Shown here piece after piece: positions 51,353-61,270 of a DNA stretch of 64,000 nucleotides. Made by a program: the position numbers and the translations under genes. A model generated the notes under the pieces. That model did no database searches, was not told where the DNA came from, and saw only the letters and a list, made by a program, of their open reading frames with translations. Where the stretch lies: the NCBI GenBank assembly GCA_036559885.1, contig DATBSH010000320.1:1565-65564 (forward strand), read 5' to 3'. How positions within the stretch are numbered: the stretch's first letter is position 1; the number at the start of each line of letters is the position of its first letter. This DNA is from Pyrinomonadaceae bacterium. GTDB lineage: Bacteria > Acidobacteriota > Blastocatellia > Pyrinomonadales > Pyrinomonadaceae.

Positions 51353-53881
51353 ATGCCTAATACGAACTGGAAGAGCGAGGCGCTTCTTACCGGAATAGCC
51401 TTCGCTTCTCTTGTATTGCTCGTTCTGGCGGTGATTTCCACGGTCGAACTGCCGCTGGGCTCGAGCCTCGCGCCATTACTCGTCCTCCTGCTGCTGACTT
51501 TTGCCGCAGGAGGCCTCACTGTGTCCGTAACGAGTACTGACGGCGTGGGTCGCAGTCGAAAGTCGATAGCTGACGCGTTCGTGTTTTTGGCAGTGATGCT
51601 TTACGCAGTTCCCCCAGCTGATACCGTCGGGCCAGCTGTCATTCTCGCTGCCCTGGTCGGCTTTACCTCAACATACAGATTAACCCACCGTCGGGTCATG
51701 ATCTTCACAACCGGAATGGCGATCATCTCTACCTTTGGCGCCGCTTCGCTGTATGGTTGGCTCGTCGATCTCTTCGCTGGAGATACGCAGCCGATATTGG
51801 ATCGCACGCTATCGCTAGACGTGTTCCTCGTACCTGTATTCGCTCTTGCCGCGCTGCAATACACGTTGAGTACCGTTGTAACAGCGTGGTTCGTCAGCAT
51901 CGACGCGGGACGATTCAGACTGCTGCCGTCGAAGGAAAGCGTTGTTTGGACGCTGACGACACAGTTAGCATGCGCAGCCTCGGCGGTTCTCTTTTATTCC
52001 GCGATCCGCAATAAAGGGATCTCTTACGCCCTGCTCGGTCTGTTAATCACTGCTCTTGTTCACCTTCTGTACCGGTTCAATCAAAAGCGAATGGAAGATC
52101 TGAGACAGGCAGAGGCTGAACGACGTCGACATATTGAAGAGATGGCGATCATTCACATGAACACTATCGAATCGCTTGCCATCGCGATTGACGCAAAGGA
52201 TCAGACCACGCACGGTCATGTGCGTCGCACGCAGATCTATGCGACTGAGATGGGAAAACTCTTCACCGTTACCGAACCAGAGGTTCAGGCACTTCGCGCC
52301 GGCGCACTGTTGCACGATATCGGCAAGCTGGCCGTGCCGGAATACATTCTCAACAAGCCGGGCAAGCTTACCGAATCTGAGTTCGCCAAAATGAAAATCC
52401 ATCCGACCGTCGGAGGCGACATTCTCAAACGAGTCAACTTCCCTTACCCGGTCGAAGATATCGTTCGGTATCACCATGAAAAATGGGACGGTAGTGGGTA
52501 TCCAAAAGGCTTGAAAGCTGAGGCAATACCGCTGGTTGCTCGCATCATTTCCGTCGTTGATTTCTACGACGCCACGAGATGTGATCGCCCATATCGGAAA
52601 GGTATGACCCGGGAAGAGTCCCTGGCTCTGCTGAAGCGCATGAGCGGGAACGCATTTGATCCAAGGGTTGTCGAGATCTTCACCGCTCACGTTGAGGAAT
52701 TCGACAATCTCATCGGAGCAGAAGATATTCAGGAGCAGGTTCCTTCGGAGCCTCTCGTCGATAACATTACCGGTACGCGGCCAGATGCCGGTCTTGCCTC
52801 TGACGTACTCGGAACTCAAGAGGATGTGTCGGGCTTTCGCTCAATCACTGAAGCGCAACGCGAAGTGTTTGCACTGCATGAAATCGCGCAAACTATCGGC
52901 TCATCACTCAATCTCAGTGATACGGTCACGCTTGTTTCCAACAAACTACGCGCGATTGTTCCCTTCGACACCTGCATCATCTTCGTCGTCGATGAGCGCA
53001 CCGGCAAAGCTGTGGCGGCTCACACCGCCGGAGAACATTCCGATGTTTTTTCTAAACGTCGTATGCCCGTTGGCGATGGAATCAGCGGATGGGTAATTGC
53101 CAACGGACGTTCAATGTGTAATGCCTCACCGGAACTGGATTTTGTCGGCGTTCCTGACGATATCGTCAAGCAGTATCGTGGTGTACTTGTTTCGCCTTTG
53201 TTGCGTGAAGACGGAGCGTTTGGTGCGATCGCTTTGTACTCGAAGAGCCGCACTTCTTATACGACTGAGCATGTTCGATTGCTTGAATCAGTGTGTCAAC
53301 ATGCTTCCAGCGCCCTCAATAACGCGCTCACGTTTGAGAAAACCAGAGAGAGTGCGCTCGTTGATTCATTAACCGAGCTGCCGAACGCGCGGGGATTCTA
53401 CATGCTGTTGGAGCAACGAATCGCGGAGTGCGAGCGCATGAACCGCGAATCACTCGCAGTCGTAAGTATGGATATCGACGACTTTAAGGCAATCAATACC
53501 CAATACGGACACGCTATGGGCGATCGTTTATTAGCTGCGGTAGCAGGCGTGATGCGTCGCGAACTTCGGCAGATGGACGTCCTCACGCGTTACGCCGGCG
53601 ATGAGTTTGTCGCGATCATGCCGATGGCTTCGGCTTCCATGCGGTCGCAGATCGTCGACAGAATGCGCTCGGCTATCGAAAATCATAAGTTCGCCGTCCG
53701 CACTGACAAGATTGTTCAATTGGGAGTCAGCATTGGCGTCGCTTGTTTCCCTGAAGATGGGGAAACGACTGAAGAGCTACTGACTGCGGCTGCCCGCAAG
53801 ATGCAGCAGGACAAACACGGGCGTAAAACTATTTTGACCCTCTCAAATGCGCCGGTAAGTTCAATCGATATGTTGCGGTAA
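51353..53881 (+). CDS. Membrane-bound composite c-di-GMP protein: about 7 TM helices, HD-GYP, GAF and GGDEF (AGDEF variant)
   Basis: HD-GYP HDIGKLAVPE and HHEKWDGSGYPKGL, a GAF-like region, then GGDEF domain RYAGDEFV with the I-site RQMD five residues upstream. Confidence 0.9.
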   Translation: MPNTNWKSEALLTGIAFASLVLLVLAVISTVELPLGSSLAPLLVLLLLTFAAGGLTVSVTSTDGVGRSRKSIADAFVFLAVMLYAVPPADTVGPAVILAALVGFTSTYRLTHRRVMIFTTGMAIISTFGAASLYGWLVDLFAGDTQPILDRTLSLDVFLVPVFALAALQYTLSTVVTAWFVSIDAGRFRLLPSKESVVWTLTTQLACAASAVLFYSAIRNKGISYALLGLLITALVHLLYRFNQKRMEDLRQAEAERRRHIEEMAIIHMNTIESLAIAIDAKDQTTHGHVRRTQIYATEMGKLFTVTEPEVQALRAGALLHDIGKLAVPEYILNKPGKLTESEFAKMKIHPTVGGDILKRVNFPYPVEDIVRYHHEKWDGSGYPKGLKAEAIPLVARIISVVDFYDATRCDRPYRKGMTREESLALLKRMSGNAFDPRVVEIFTAHVEEFDNLIGAEDIQEQVPSEPLVDNITGTRPDAGLASDVLGTQEDVSGFRSITEAQREVFALHEIAQTIGSSLNLSDTVTLVSNKLRAIVPFDTCIIFVVDERTGKAVAAHTAGEHSDVFSKRRMPVGDGISGWVIANGRSMCNASPELDFVGVPDDIVKQYRGVLVSPLLREDGAFGAIALYSKSRTSYTTEHVRLLESVCQHASSALNNALTFEKTRESALVDSLTELPNARGFYMLLEQRIAECERMNRESLAVVSMDIDDFKAINTQYGHAMGDRLLAAVAGVMRRELRQMDVLTRYAGDEFVAIMPMASASMRSQIVDRMRSAIENHKFAVRTDKIVQLGVSIGVACFPEDGETTEELLTAAARKMQQDKHGRKTILTLSNAPVSSIDMLR

Positions 53882-54100
53882 TAACTGCGCAACACCGCCT
53901 TTTTGCGCCGACCTCTTCTCCTCGCGTATAATTCGACACCTCAAGTCGCGCGCGATCACTGATCGAACTGTTCTCACCGTTGGATCAGTTCGCGCGTGCG
54001 ATACGAGCGGTACTGAGCATACGAGACCAATTGATGGACTCCCGAGGCCCGCTTTACTGCGGGCATTATTTAGTGCGGGATCCTGAGTTACGCGGAATTC

Positions 54101-55228
54101 ATGAGCAAACAAGCAGCAGAACCGACATCAAGAGCGGGCGCAGAAGAAAAGAGCGCCACTGGAGTTATAGAAGCCCCTCCCGACCGCGCCAACCTAACTA
54201 AAGAAAAGGCAGCCGCAAAAGAACGACAAAAGGATAAATTAAGCGGACTCGATTCCGACACGCTGATCCATCTGTACCGGCAAATGCTGCTTATCCGGAG
54301 ATTCGAGGAGAAAGCAGCAGAAGCTTACAGCTCGGGCAAGATTGGCGGCTTCTGTCATCTCTATATCGGGCAAGAGGCAGTCGCGGTCGGCGCAATCTCT
54401 GCAATACGAACTGACGATTACGTTCTCACGAGCTACCGAGAACACGGACACGCAATCGCGAAGGGCATGTCGTGTGATGCAATCATGGCGGAGCTGTTTG
54501 GTAAAGTCACCGGCTGTTCAAAAGGCAAGGGTGGCTCAATGCACATGTTCGATAAACGTGTGAACTTCCTCGGTGGTCATGCGATTGTTGGCGGCCAGAT
54601 CCCTTTAGCGACGGGCACCGCTTTCGGCTCAAAATATCAAGGCACCGACCAAGTAACGCTTTGCTTCTTTGGTGAAGCCGCGGTCAACCAGGGAGCATTT
54701 CACGAATCGCTAAACATGGCCCAGCTGTGGAAGTTGCCTTGTATTTACATCTGCGAGAACAATCAGTACGGGATGGGAACATCACTCGAACGAGCAATGT
54801 CGCTGCGTGACATCGCGCAGAAAGCTTGTGCCTACGAGATTGCGTCCGAGTTTGTAGATGGTATGGATGTGCTGGCAGTGCGAGAGTCTGTGCTACGCGC
54901 GGTCGAACGGGCTCGCAAAAATTACTTACCAACCTTGTTAGAGGTTCGCACCTATCGGTTCATGGGCCATTCAATGTCAGATCCGGGAAACTATCGCACG
55001 CGCGCCGAAATCGAGAAATATCAGGAGCGCGATCCGATCAAACTCTTTTCAGCAACTCTGCGGGAAGAGAAGGTAGCAGACGACGCACTACTTGAACGAT
55101 TAGATAAGGAAGTACGCGAAGAAGTAGAACATGCCGTTCGCTTCGCCGATGAGAGTCCTGAACCTCCTCCTGAAGATCTTTACACCGACATTTACGCAAC
55201 TCCCATTAATTCTTCTCGAGCGAAATAA
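54101..55228 (+). CDS. pdhA: Pyruvate dehydrogenase E1 component, alpha subunit
   Basis: TPP-binding GEAAVNQGAFHESLNMA...ICENNQYGMGT and YRFMGHSMSDP. Confidence 0.9.
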   Translation: MSKQAAEPTSRAGAEEKSATGVIEAPPDRANLTKEKAAAKERQKDKLSGLDSDTLIHLYRQMLLIRRFEEKAAEAYSSGKIGGFCHLYIGQEAVAVGAISAIRTDDYVLTSYREHGHAIAKGMSCDAIMAELFGKVTGCSKGKGGSMHMFDKRVNFLGGHAIVGGQIPLATGTAFGSKYQGTDQVTLCFFGEAAVNQGAFHESLNMAQLWKLPCIYICENNQYGMGTSLERAMSLRDIAQKACAYEIASEFVDGMDVLAVRESVLRAVERARKNYLPTLLEVRTYRFMGHSMSDPGNYRTRAEIEKYQERDPIKLFSATLREEKVADDALLERLDKEVREEVEHAVRFADESPEPPPEDLYTDIYATPINSSRAK

Positions 55229-55234
55229 AACCAG

Positions 55235-56218
55235 ATGGCGACAATCACCATACGCGAAGCTCTCAATCAAGCACTGCGGGAGGAATTAACCCGCGATGAA
55301 AAGGTTTTTCTAATGGGCGAGGAAGTAGCCGCCTATCAAGGAGCTTACAAAGTTACCAAAGGTTTGCTCGAAGAATTCGGTGACAAGCGGGTCATCGATA
55401 CGCCCATTACGGAATTGGGCTTCGCCGGACTTGGCGTTGGCGCTGCAATGGTTGGGCTCCGTCCGGTGGTCGAGTTTATGACTTTCAATTTCTCGATTCT
55501 GGCAACTGATCAAATTGTTAACTCAGCAGCCAAGATGCTTTACATGTCTGGTGGTCAGTACAACATTCCGATTGTTTTTCGAGGCCCCGGCGGCTCTGCA
55601 TTCCAGGTTTCATCGCAACACTCGCAGGCACTGGAATCCTGGTACGCCTATTTTCCAGGGTTAAAGGTCGTGATGCCTTCAACGGCGGCAGACGCTAAAG
55701 GATTGCTCAAATCGTCCATACGTGACGACGACCCGGTAATCTTTATTGAGCAGGAGCGAATGTATGGCAATAAAGGCGAAGTACCGGATGATCCGGATTT
55801 TACGATACCGCTTGGTGTCGCTGAGGTGAAACGAGAAGGAACCGACGTCACGATAGTCGCTCGATCTCTCATGGTCCCGGTAGCTCTCAAGGCGGCCGAT
55901 GCTTTGGAAAAAGAAGGCGTCTCGTGTGAAGTGATCGATCCTCGGACCATCCGCCCCCTGGATATTGACACAATTGTAGAATCAGTGAAGAAGACGAACA
56001 GAATTGTGCTTGCTGAAGAGTCGCATCCGATTTGCAGTGTCAACGCGGAAATCAGCGCAGAAATTATGGAGCGCGCATTCGATCATCTGGACGCGCCTGT
56101 GAAGCGTGTCTCAGGCGCTGATGTGCCGATGCCCTATGCAAAGAATCTTGAGCAATTGGCAGTTCCAGACGTCCAACAGATCATTTCAGCCGTACGCGAA
56201 GTAGCTTATCTCGACTGA
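55235..56218 (+). CDS. pdhB: Pyruvate dehydrogenase E1 component, beta subunit
   Basis: Transketolase-like pyrimidine-binding region [26 protein letters not shown]; 327 aa. Confidence 0.9.
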   Translation: MATITIREALNQALREELTRDEKVFLMGEEVAAYQGAYKVTKGLLEEFGDKRVIDTPITELGFAGLGVGAAMVGLRPVVEFMTFNFSILATDQIVNSAAKMLYMSGGQYNIPIVFRGPGGSAFQVSSQHSQALESWYAYFPGLKVVMPSTAADAKGLLKSSIRDDDPVIFIEQERMYGNKGEVPDDPDFTIPLGVAEVKREGTDVTIVARSLMVPVALKAADALEKEGVSCEVIDPRTIRPLDIDTIVESVKKTNRIVLAEESHPICSVNAEISAEIMERAFDHLDAPVKRVSGADVPMPYAKNLEQLAVPDVQQIISAVREVAYLD

Positions 56219-56236
56219 GCTTCGTTTAACTTTCAT

Positions 56237-57538
56237 ATGGCAAGTAAGGTAATCATGCCCAAGCTCTCTCCAACTATGGAAGAGGGCCAGATCGCCAGGT
56301 GGTTGAAGAAAGAAGGCGATAAGGTGTCGATGGGCGAACCTCTCGCTGAAATCGATACCGACAAGGCGACGATGGAAATGCAGGCGCTGGCAAACGGAGT
56401 CCTGCGGAAGATATTGGTAAAGGAAGGTGAGTCAGTGCCACTCGGGCAACTCATCGGCGTTATCGCTGAACCAGACGAAGATATCTCGTCTGTCCTGAAC
56501 GAGGCACCTGCCAAACAAAGTGCAGCCGCCGCGCCACAGAAAGAAGCTCAGCCAGCATCGTCGCAAGGCGAGCAAGCAACACCGCCACCTCCAAAACCGG
56601 AAGCAAAGCCAGCCGAGGCTGCATCGGGTAATGGTGCATCCGGAAGACTGATCGTATCGCCCCTGGCGGCTCGTATGGCCGCTGAAGCTGGACTGGACTT
56701 GCGTTCGCTTCAAGGCAGCGGCCCGGGTGGACGCATCATAAAGAGGGATGTCGAAGCGGCGCTCAGCCGGGAGCCGGCAGCAGCTCCGGCCAGTAAACAA
56801 CCGACATTTCGGGTTATCGAAGGAAAGGCCCAGCAGCCCCTCGTTGCAGGTGCTTCAGCGTACCGTGACGTACCAGCAAGCGAGATTCGCAGGACAATTG
56901 CCCGACGACTTGTTACGTCGCTCGGTCCTGTTCCGCATTTCTTCCTTACTTCTGAGATTGAAATGGATCGCGCTGCCGAAATGCGACGCGGAATCAATTC
57001 GCTCGATCCTGACCTCAAGATTAGCGTCAACGACATCATCATCAAGGTTACTGCCGCCGCGCTGATGCAGCATCCAGAAGTTAACGCATCGTTTCAAGAT
57101 AAGTTCGTGCGTTACTATGAACATGTCGATATCGGTGTCGCCGTGGCGATTGAGGACGGTCTGATAACGCCCGTAGTTCGCAGTGCCGATTTAAAATCAC
57201 TTAGTCAGATAGCCAGTGAGGTACGTGAGCTCGCAGAACGGGCAAGGTCCAGGAAACTGAAGCCAGAGGAATATACCGGTGCGACATTTTCGGTTAGTAA
57301 CCTCGGCATGTTTGGAATTGACGAATTCACTGCCATCATCAATCCGCCAGAGGGTGGCATACTCGCCATCGGTGCAATGACTCCGCGACCGGTGGTTCGT
57401 GACGGTGAGGTCGTCGTCAGACAGATCATGCGTGTGACAATGTCATGTGATCACCGAATCATTGATGGAGCTACCGGTGCCAAGTTTTTACAAACCTTTA
57501 AGAAGATATTAGAGAACCCGCTGTATCTGGTGGTTTGA
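56237..57538 (+). CDS. Dihydrolipoamide acetyltransferase (E2) with one lipoyl domain
   Basis: Lipoyl-Lys motif EIDTDKATMEM, Ala/Pro linker, E3-binding-like segment, catalytic SCDHRIIDGA. Confidence 0.9.
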   Translation: MASKVIMPKLSPTMEEGQIARWLKKEGDKVSMGEPLAEIDTDKATMEMQALANGVLRKILVKEGESVPLGQLIGVIAEPDEDISSVLNEAPAKQSAAAAPQKEAQPASSQGEQATPPPPKPEAKPAEAASGNGASGRLIVSPLAARMAAEAGLDLRSLQGSGPGGRIIKRDVEAALSREPAAAPASKQPTFRVIEGKAQQPLVAGASAYRDVPASEIRRTIARRLVTSLGPVPHFFLTSEIEMDRAAEMRRGINSLDPDLKISVNDIIIKVTAAALMQHPEVNASFQDKFVRYYEHVDIGVAVAIEDGLITPVVRSADLKSLSQIASEVRELAERARSRKLKPEEYTGATFSVSNLGMFGIDEFTAIINPPEGGILAIGAMTPRPVVRDGEVVVRQIMRVTMSCDHRIIDGATGAKFLQTFKKILENPLYLVV

Positions 57539-58485
57539 TGCCCTCAGACAGCCAGGGATCAACCCACCCCGTCGCTCCTCACCTCGCTCTCATCGCGGTG
57601 CAAATTCTTTTTGGAACCTGGCCAGTGCTAGGCAAATTTGTGCTGCGTTCAATGTCTAGTTCTCTGCTCGTTGCGAGCCGTCTGACGGGTGCCGCTATTG
57701 TCTTTCTGATCATCCAGGGAAACATTCGACCATTGCTGCAGATGCGGCGACGCGACTTGCTGCTGATAGCTTTATCAAGTGGTATTGGCGTGGTCGGAAA
57801 TCAATTTCTGTATGTCAAAGGGCTCTCATTAACCACCGCCATCAATGCAACTCTGATCAGCACTACGATTCCGGTCTTCACTCTCCTGGTTAGCATTGTG
57901 TTTGGCTACGACCAATTATCGTTGAGACGAGTAACCGGCATGGTCCTCGCGATAACCGGCGTGCTGTACCTGGTTAACCCTTTTCGTGGCGATTTCTCAA
58001 CTCAAACAACAATCGGAAACATTTTGATTGTTTCCAATTCACTTCTTTACGGAACCTACATCGTAATTTCGAAAGATTTGTTCGAGCGTTATGGGGCGCT
58101 GAATGTCATTACCTGGATCTTTTTGGCAGGCATCATTGTCACGATTCCTGTCGGCATCGTGGCAATGCGTAATCAGGACTTGCAGTCGATTAGCGGCGCA
58201 GTGTGGCTTTCCGTAGCTGTCGTAATTCTGCTTCCGACCGTAGGTGCGTATTACCTAAACGCGTGGGCTTTAACGAAGGTCCCGCCGAGCATCGTGGCAG
58301 TTTATATTTATCTACAACCGTTAATCGCGTTCGGCCTCGCACCGGTTCTGCTGGGCGAAACGTGGAATTCACGAACTATCGTGAGTTCAATTCTAATCTT
58401 CGCAGGCGTTGCAATCGTGACCCGACGCGGGCGAAGCCTCGCGATTCGCGAGATAAGCGAGCACCCTGACGCGTTGGCTAGATAA
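57535..58485 (+). CDS. DMT-superfamily (EamA-like) transporter
   Basis: Ten hydrophobic helices in two EamA-like halves. The start overlaps the E2 stop (ATGA). Confidence 0.8.
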   Translation: MMPSDSQGSTHPVAPHLALIAVQILFGTWPVLGKFVLRSMSSSLLVASRLTGAAIVFLIIQGNIRPLLQMRRRDLLLIALSSGIGVVGNQFLYVKGLSLTTAINATLISTTIPVFTLLVSIVFGYDQLSLRRVTGMVLAITGVLYLVNPFRGDFSTQTTIGNILIVSNSLLYGTYIVISKDLFERYGALNVITWIFLAGIIVTIPVGIVAMRNQDLQSISGAVWLSVAVVILLPTVGAYYLNAWALTKVPPSIVAVYIYLQPLIAFGLAPVLLGETWNSRTIVSSILIFAGVAIVTRRGRSLAIREISEHPDALAR

Positions 58486-58590
58486 GAACAGAATTAAGCC
58501 CCCGATTTACACAGATAAAACGCAGAATATAAAAAGTGGTGACGAATAGTAACTAGTCATCACACTGGCGTTTCAGTCCCACATTTCAAG

Positions 58591-58715
58591 TGCAGAAAGA
58601 TTGCAGGTTAGGAAGGGTGGCTTGCCCCCGCTCAACGGACTATACACTCAATGTTGAATGATAGCGCATGTTGAGAGGGGGGCAAGCCACCCTTCCTAAC
58701 CTGCAATCTTTCGCA
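58591..58715. repeat. Long hairpin: 35-bp perfect core stem extendable to about 43 bp, 33-nt loop
   Basis: GAAAGATTGCAGGTTAGGAAGGGTGGCTTGCCCCC (58595..58629) and its exact reverse complement at 58678..58712, plus flanking pairs with bulges. Confidence 0.9.
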
Positions 58716-58760
58716 CCTTGAACCTGAACAGCGTATCTACAATTACTGCGGAACGACCGG

Positions 58761-60551
58761 TTACGCTGCTTGAACAGTTTCGTCTCTGTTAAAGCAGGTA
58801 AAGATTTCAGCAGCGTCGAGCGTATCTCGCTCCATCAACATGTCCACCAGACGTCCTATCGATTCGCGCTCTTGCGCGACCACTGCGCAAGCTCTTTCCA
58901 ACTGTGTGTTGATTAACTCGTTGGTTGCTTCCTCGATCTTGTCGAGCAACGTCTGGCTATGTGGCTGATCAGGCTGGCCAAGATGGATCGGACCGAGCCG
59001 ACTCATACCAAACTCACTAACCATTTTTCGCGCGATCTCAACTGCGCGTTCGATGTCGTTCGACGCACCGGCAGTCATAGTCTGCAACAAGACCTGTTCC
59101 GCAGCTCGACCGCCCAGCAACAGCGCGATTTGATCTTCCAGATATTCTCGCTTCTTCATGAGCCGATCACGTTCCGGTAAAGACTGCGTGACGCCTAGTG
59201 CTCTGCCCCGCGGCAAGATAGAAACCTTGTGAATAGGATCGCCGTTCTTCACGGCCAGGCCCACTGCTACGTGCCCGGCTTCGTGTACCGCCGTCGCGTA
59301 TCGCTCCTCTTCATCCATAATGAAGCCTTGACGCTCAGCGCCCATCAGGATTCGATCACGCGCGAACTCGATATGTGGCCGAGCGACAAACTCTGATTCG
59401 TCGCGCGTCGCGGCAATGGCTGATTCGTTCATGAGGTTCGCCAACTCTGCGCCCGAGAAACCCGGCGTTCCGCGGGCAATCCATTTGAGATCGAGTCCCG
59501 GTTCGAGCTTCAGATTGCGCGCGTGAACCTGAAGGATGGCCTCACGGCCTCGAACGTCTGCGAGGTTCACCGCTATTTCGCGATCGAATCTGCCAGCGCG
59601 GGTCAAGGCCTTGTCGAGAATGTCAGGACGATTCGTCGATGCAATCACAATTATGGTACTTGATTGATCAAAACCGTCCATCTCAATAAGCAATTGATTG
59701 AGGGTCTGGTCCTGATCAGCAGAAGCCGAGTCGCCGCCACGACCACGCTGTCTACCAAGCGCGTCCACTTCATCGATAAAGATGATGCACGGCGATAGCT
59801 TTCGCCCCTTCGCAAACAGGTGACGCACACGTGCGGCGCCGAGGCCGGCAAACTTCTCCTGAAAACTCGATCCCGAAGCAGCGAGAAACGGAACACCAGC
59901 TTCTTTCGCTGCCGCACGAGCCAGAAGTGTCTTGCCAGTTCCCGGCGGTCCATAGAGCAGAATGCCTCGTGGCACGCGTCCACCGAGGCGGCCAAATCTA
60001 ACCGGGTCTTTTAGAAACTCGATTGTCTCAGTCAGCTCATTCCGTGCTTCGTCAACGCCTGCAACGTCGTCGAAGCCCACATCTTGTTTTCCATTGTGAT
60101 CAGAGACTTCAAACGAGCCCCGCCCGCTCATACTCGCGTAAACTCTCCAACCCACAATACCAATTGCCGCAACCATCAGAATCGGCAGTAACCAGTTCAA
60201 GAGCGTTACCTCAAGTCCGGGTTGCACGGGACGAAATTCAATCGGTACGTTGTTCTTCCGAAACAGCTCGATCACTTCCTGTTGGGCAGCTTGGCCGGTA
60301 ACCGTTGCTTCAATAAGTGAGCCGTCAGCCTTCCTGACAGTCAATGACTCGCCTTCGATGACCAGGGCGACGCCGCCGCTCGTTTGCGCGATGTTATACA
60401 GTTGGGAGTAGTTGATCTTTTGAACTACGGGCTGAGACCTTTGGTACAGAATGATGCCGGTTGTAAGTACCAACACTATCAGAGCGGATGCGATGCTGAT
60501 GACCATCGTCTTCCGTGAACGGAGAAACGACTTCGGCAAGGGGGTGGGCAT
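58761..60551 (-). CDS. ftsH: FtsH-family ATP-dependent zinc metalloprotease
   Basis: ORF 58761..60608. The ATG at 60551 has GGAGG 7 nt upstream. Two TM helices, Walker A GPPGTGKT, Walker B IIFIDEVD, zinc site HEAGH. Confidence 0.9.
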   Translation of the reverse strand: MPTPLPKSFLRSRKTMVISIASALIVLVLTTGIILYQRSQPVVQKINYSQLYNIAQTSGGVALVIEGESLTVRKADGSLIEATVTGQAAQQEVIELFRKNNVPIEFRPVQPGLEVTLLNWLLPILMVAAIGIVGWRVYASMSGRGSFEVSDHNGKQDVGFDDVAGVDEARNELTETIEFLKDPVRFGRLGGRVPRGILLYGPPGTGKTLLARAAAKEAGVPFLAASGSSFQEKFAGLGAARVRHLFAKGRKLSPCIIFIDEVDALGRQRGRGGDSASADQDQTLNQLLIEMDGFDQSSTIIVIASTNRPDILDKALTRAGRFDREIAVNLADVRGREAILQVHARNLKLEPGLDLKWIARGTPGFSGAELANLMNESAIAATRDESEFVARPHIEFARDRILMGAERQGFIMDEEERYATAVHEAGHVAVGLAVKNGDPIHKVSILPRGRALGVTQSLPERDRLMKKREYLEDQIALLLGGRAAEQVLLQTMTAGASNDIERAVEIARKMVSEFGMSRLGPIHLGQPDQPHSQTLLDKIEEATNELINTQLERACAVVAQERESIGRLVDMLMERDTLDAAEIFTCFNRDETVQAA

Positions 60552-60950
60552 AAAAAACCTCCATAAAACTGGTGCCCGCGCACCGGCTGTTAGATCTCTG
60601 AAGGGCAAAGAATCGGGGTTGTTAAAGCGACGGGGCTTCGGAAGGAGCGAACCGCACGCGAAAACCGAGATAGGCTTAAAACCACGACGCGCCTGTCAAG
60701 CTTACAGCAAGCGCAGCTTCACTTTAGCAGCCCCCAACGGCTTAAGTCCAGCACAAGATTCTCAATTCTGGAGAACGCTTCCGTGGTTGCGTTTGCTGAA
60801 CTAATTTGTGTCGCGACCGCGTTGACTGGCGTGTTTTCGTACGCGTCTCCGGACACACACGCGCCGTTTGATGCAGTAAACACCCTTAAATTTCGCGGAA
60901 CATCTCGCAAGTTCGCGGATTACGGTGAGATAGCCCATCGTAGCCCAAGC

Positions 60951-60966
60951 TGGCATGGTCGTTGCT
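60951..60966 (+). promoter_or_regulatory. Candidate sigma54 (-24/-12) promoter
   Basis: TGGCATGGTCGTTGCT matches TGGCAC-N5-TTGCW with exact GG/GC spacing. It lies 73 nt upstream of ATG 61039. Confidence 0.5.
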
Positions 60967-61038
60967 CAAAAACGACGCGTGACTTTTGTTCCAACTGTTC
61001 TGTAGGAGTGAGTGGTTACAAAAGGAGGGTAAAGCAAA

Positions 61039-61191
61039 ATGCTGTGGACGATCTTCGTAATTCTTCTCATATTGTGGCTGCTTGGCGTGGTTAGCAGTTA
61101 CACGCTGGGAGGGTTCATACATCTGTTGTTAGTGCTGGCACTCGTGGTGCTGCTCATCAACATAATCGGTGGCCGACGTACAGTCGTTTAA
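61039..61191 (+). CDS. lmo0937-family small membrane protein (50 aa), absent from the ORF track
   Basis: My translation is MLWTIFVILLILWLLGVVSSYTLGGFIHLLLVLALVVLLINIIGGRRTVV. AAAGGAGGG lies 9 nt upstream. This is the classic family pattern MLWTI...GG.IHLLLV...GRR. Confidence 0.75.
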   Translation: MLWTIFVILLILWLLGVVSSYTLGGFIHLLLVLALVVLLINIIGGRRTVV

Positions 61192-61270
61192 GGCAAACGT
61201 ACACACTGTTTGCCCTGCCCGACGCCCGACTAACTAACGCCGCTACTGAGCGGATTAGCTCGGGCGTCAC

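Noticed and set aside
52043-52819. 258-aa minus-strand ORF inside the HD-GYP/GAF/GGDEF gene
   Set aside because: It lies antisense to a gene with unambiguous HD-GYP motifs in exactly this interval, and its own translation has no recognisable features.
60783-61122. ORFs 60783..61094 (+) and 60886..61122 (-) in the ftsH / microprotein spacer
   Set aside because: They overlap each other as well as the sigma54 promoter and the SD of the 61039 gene. Neither has motifs.
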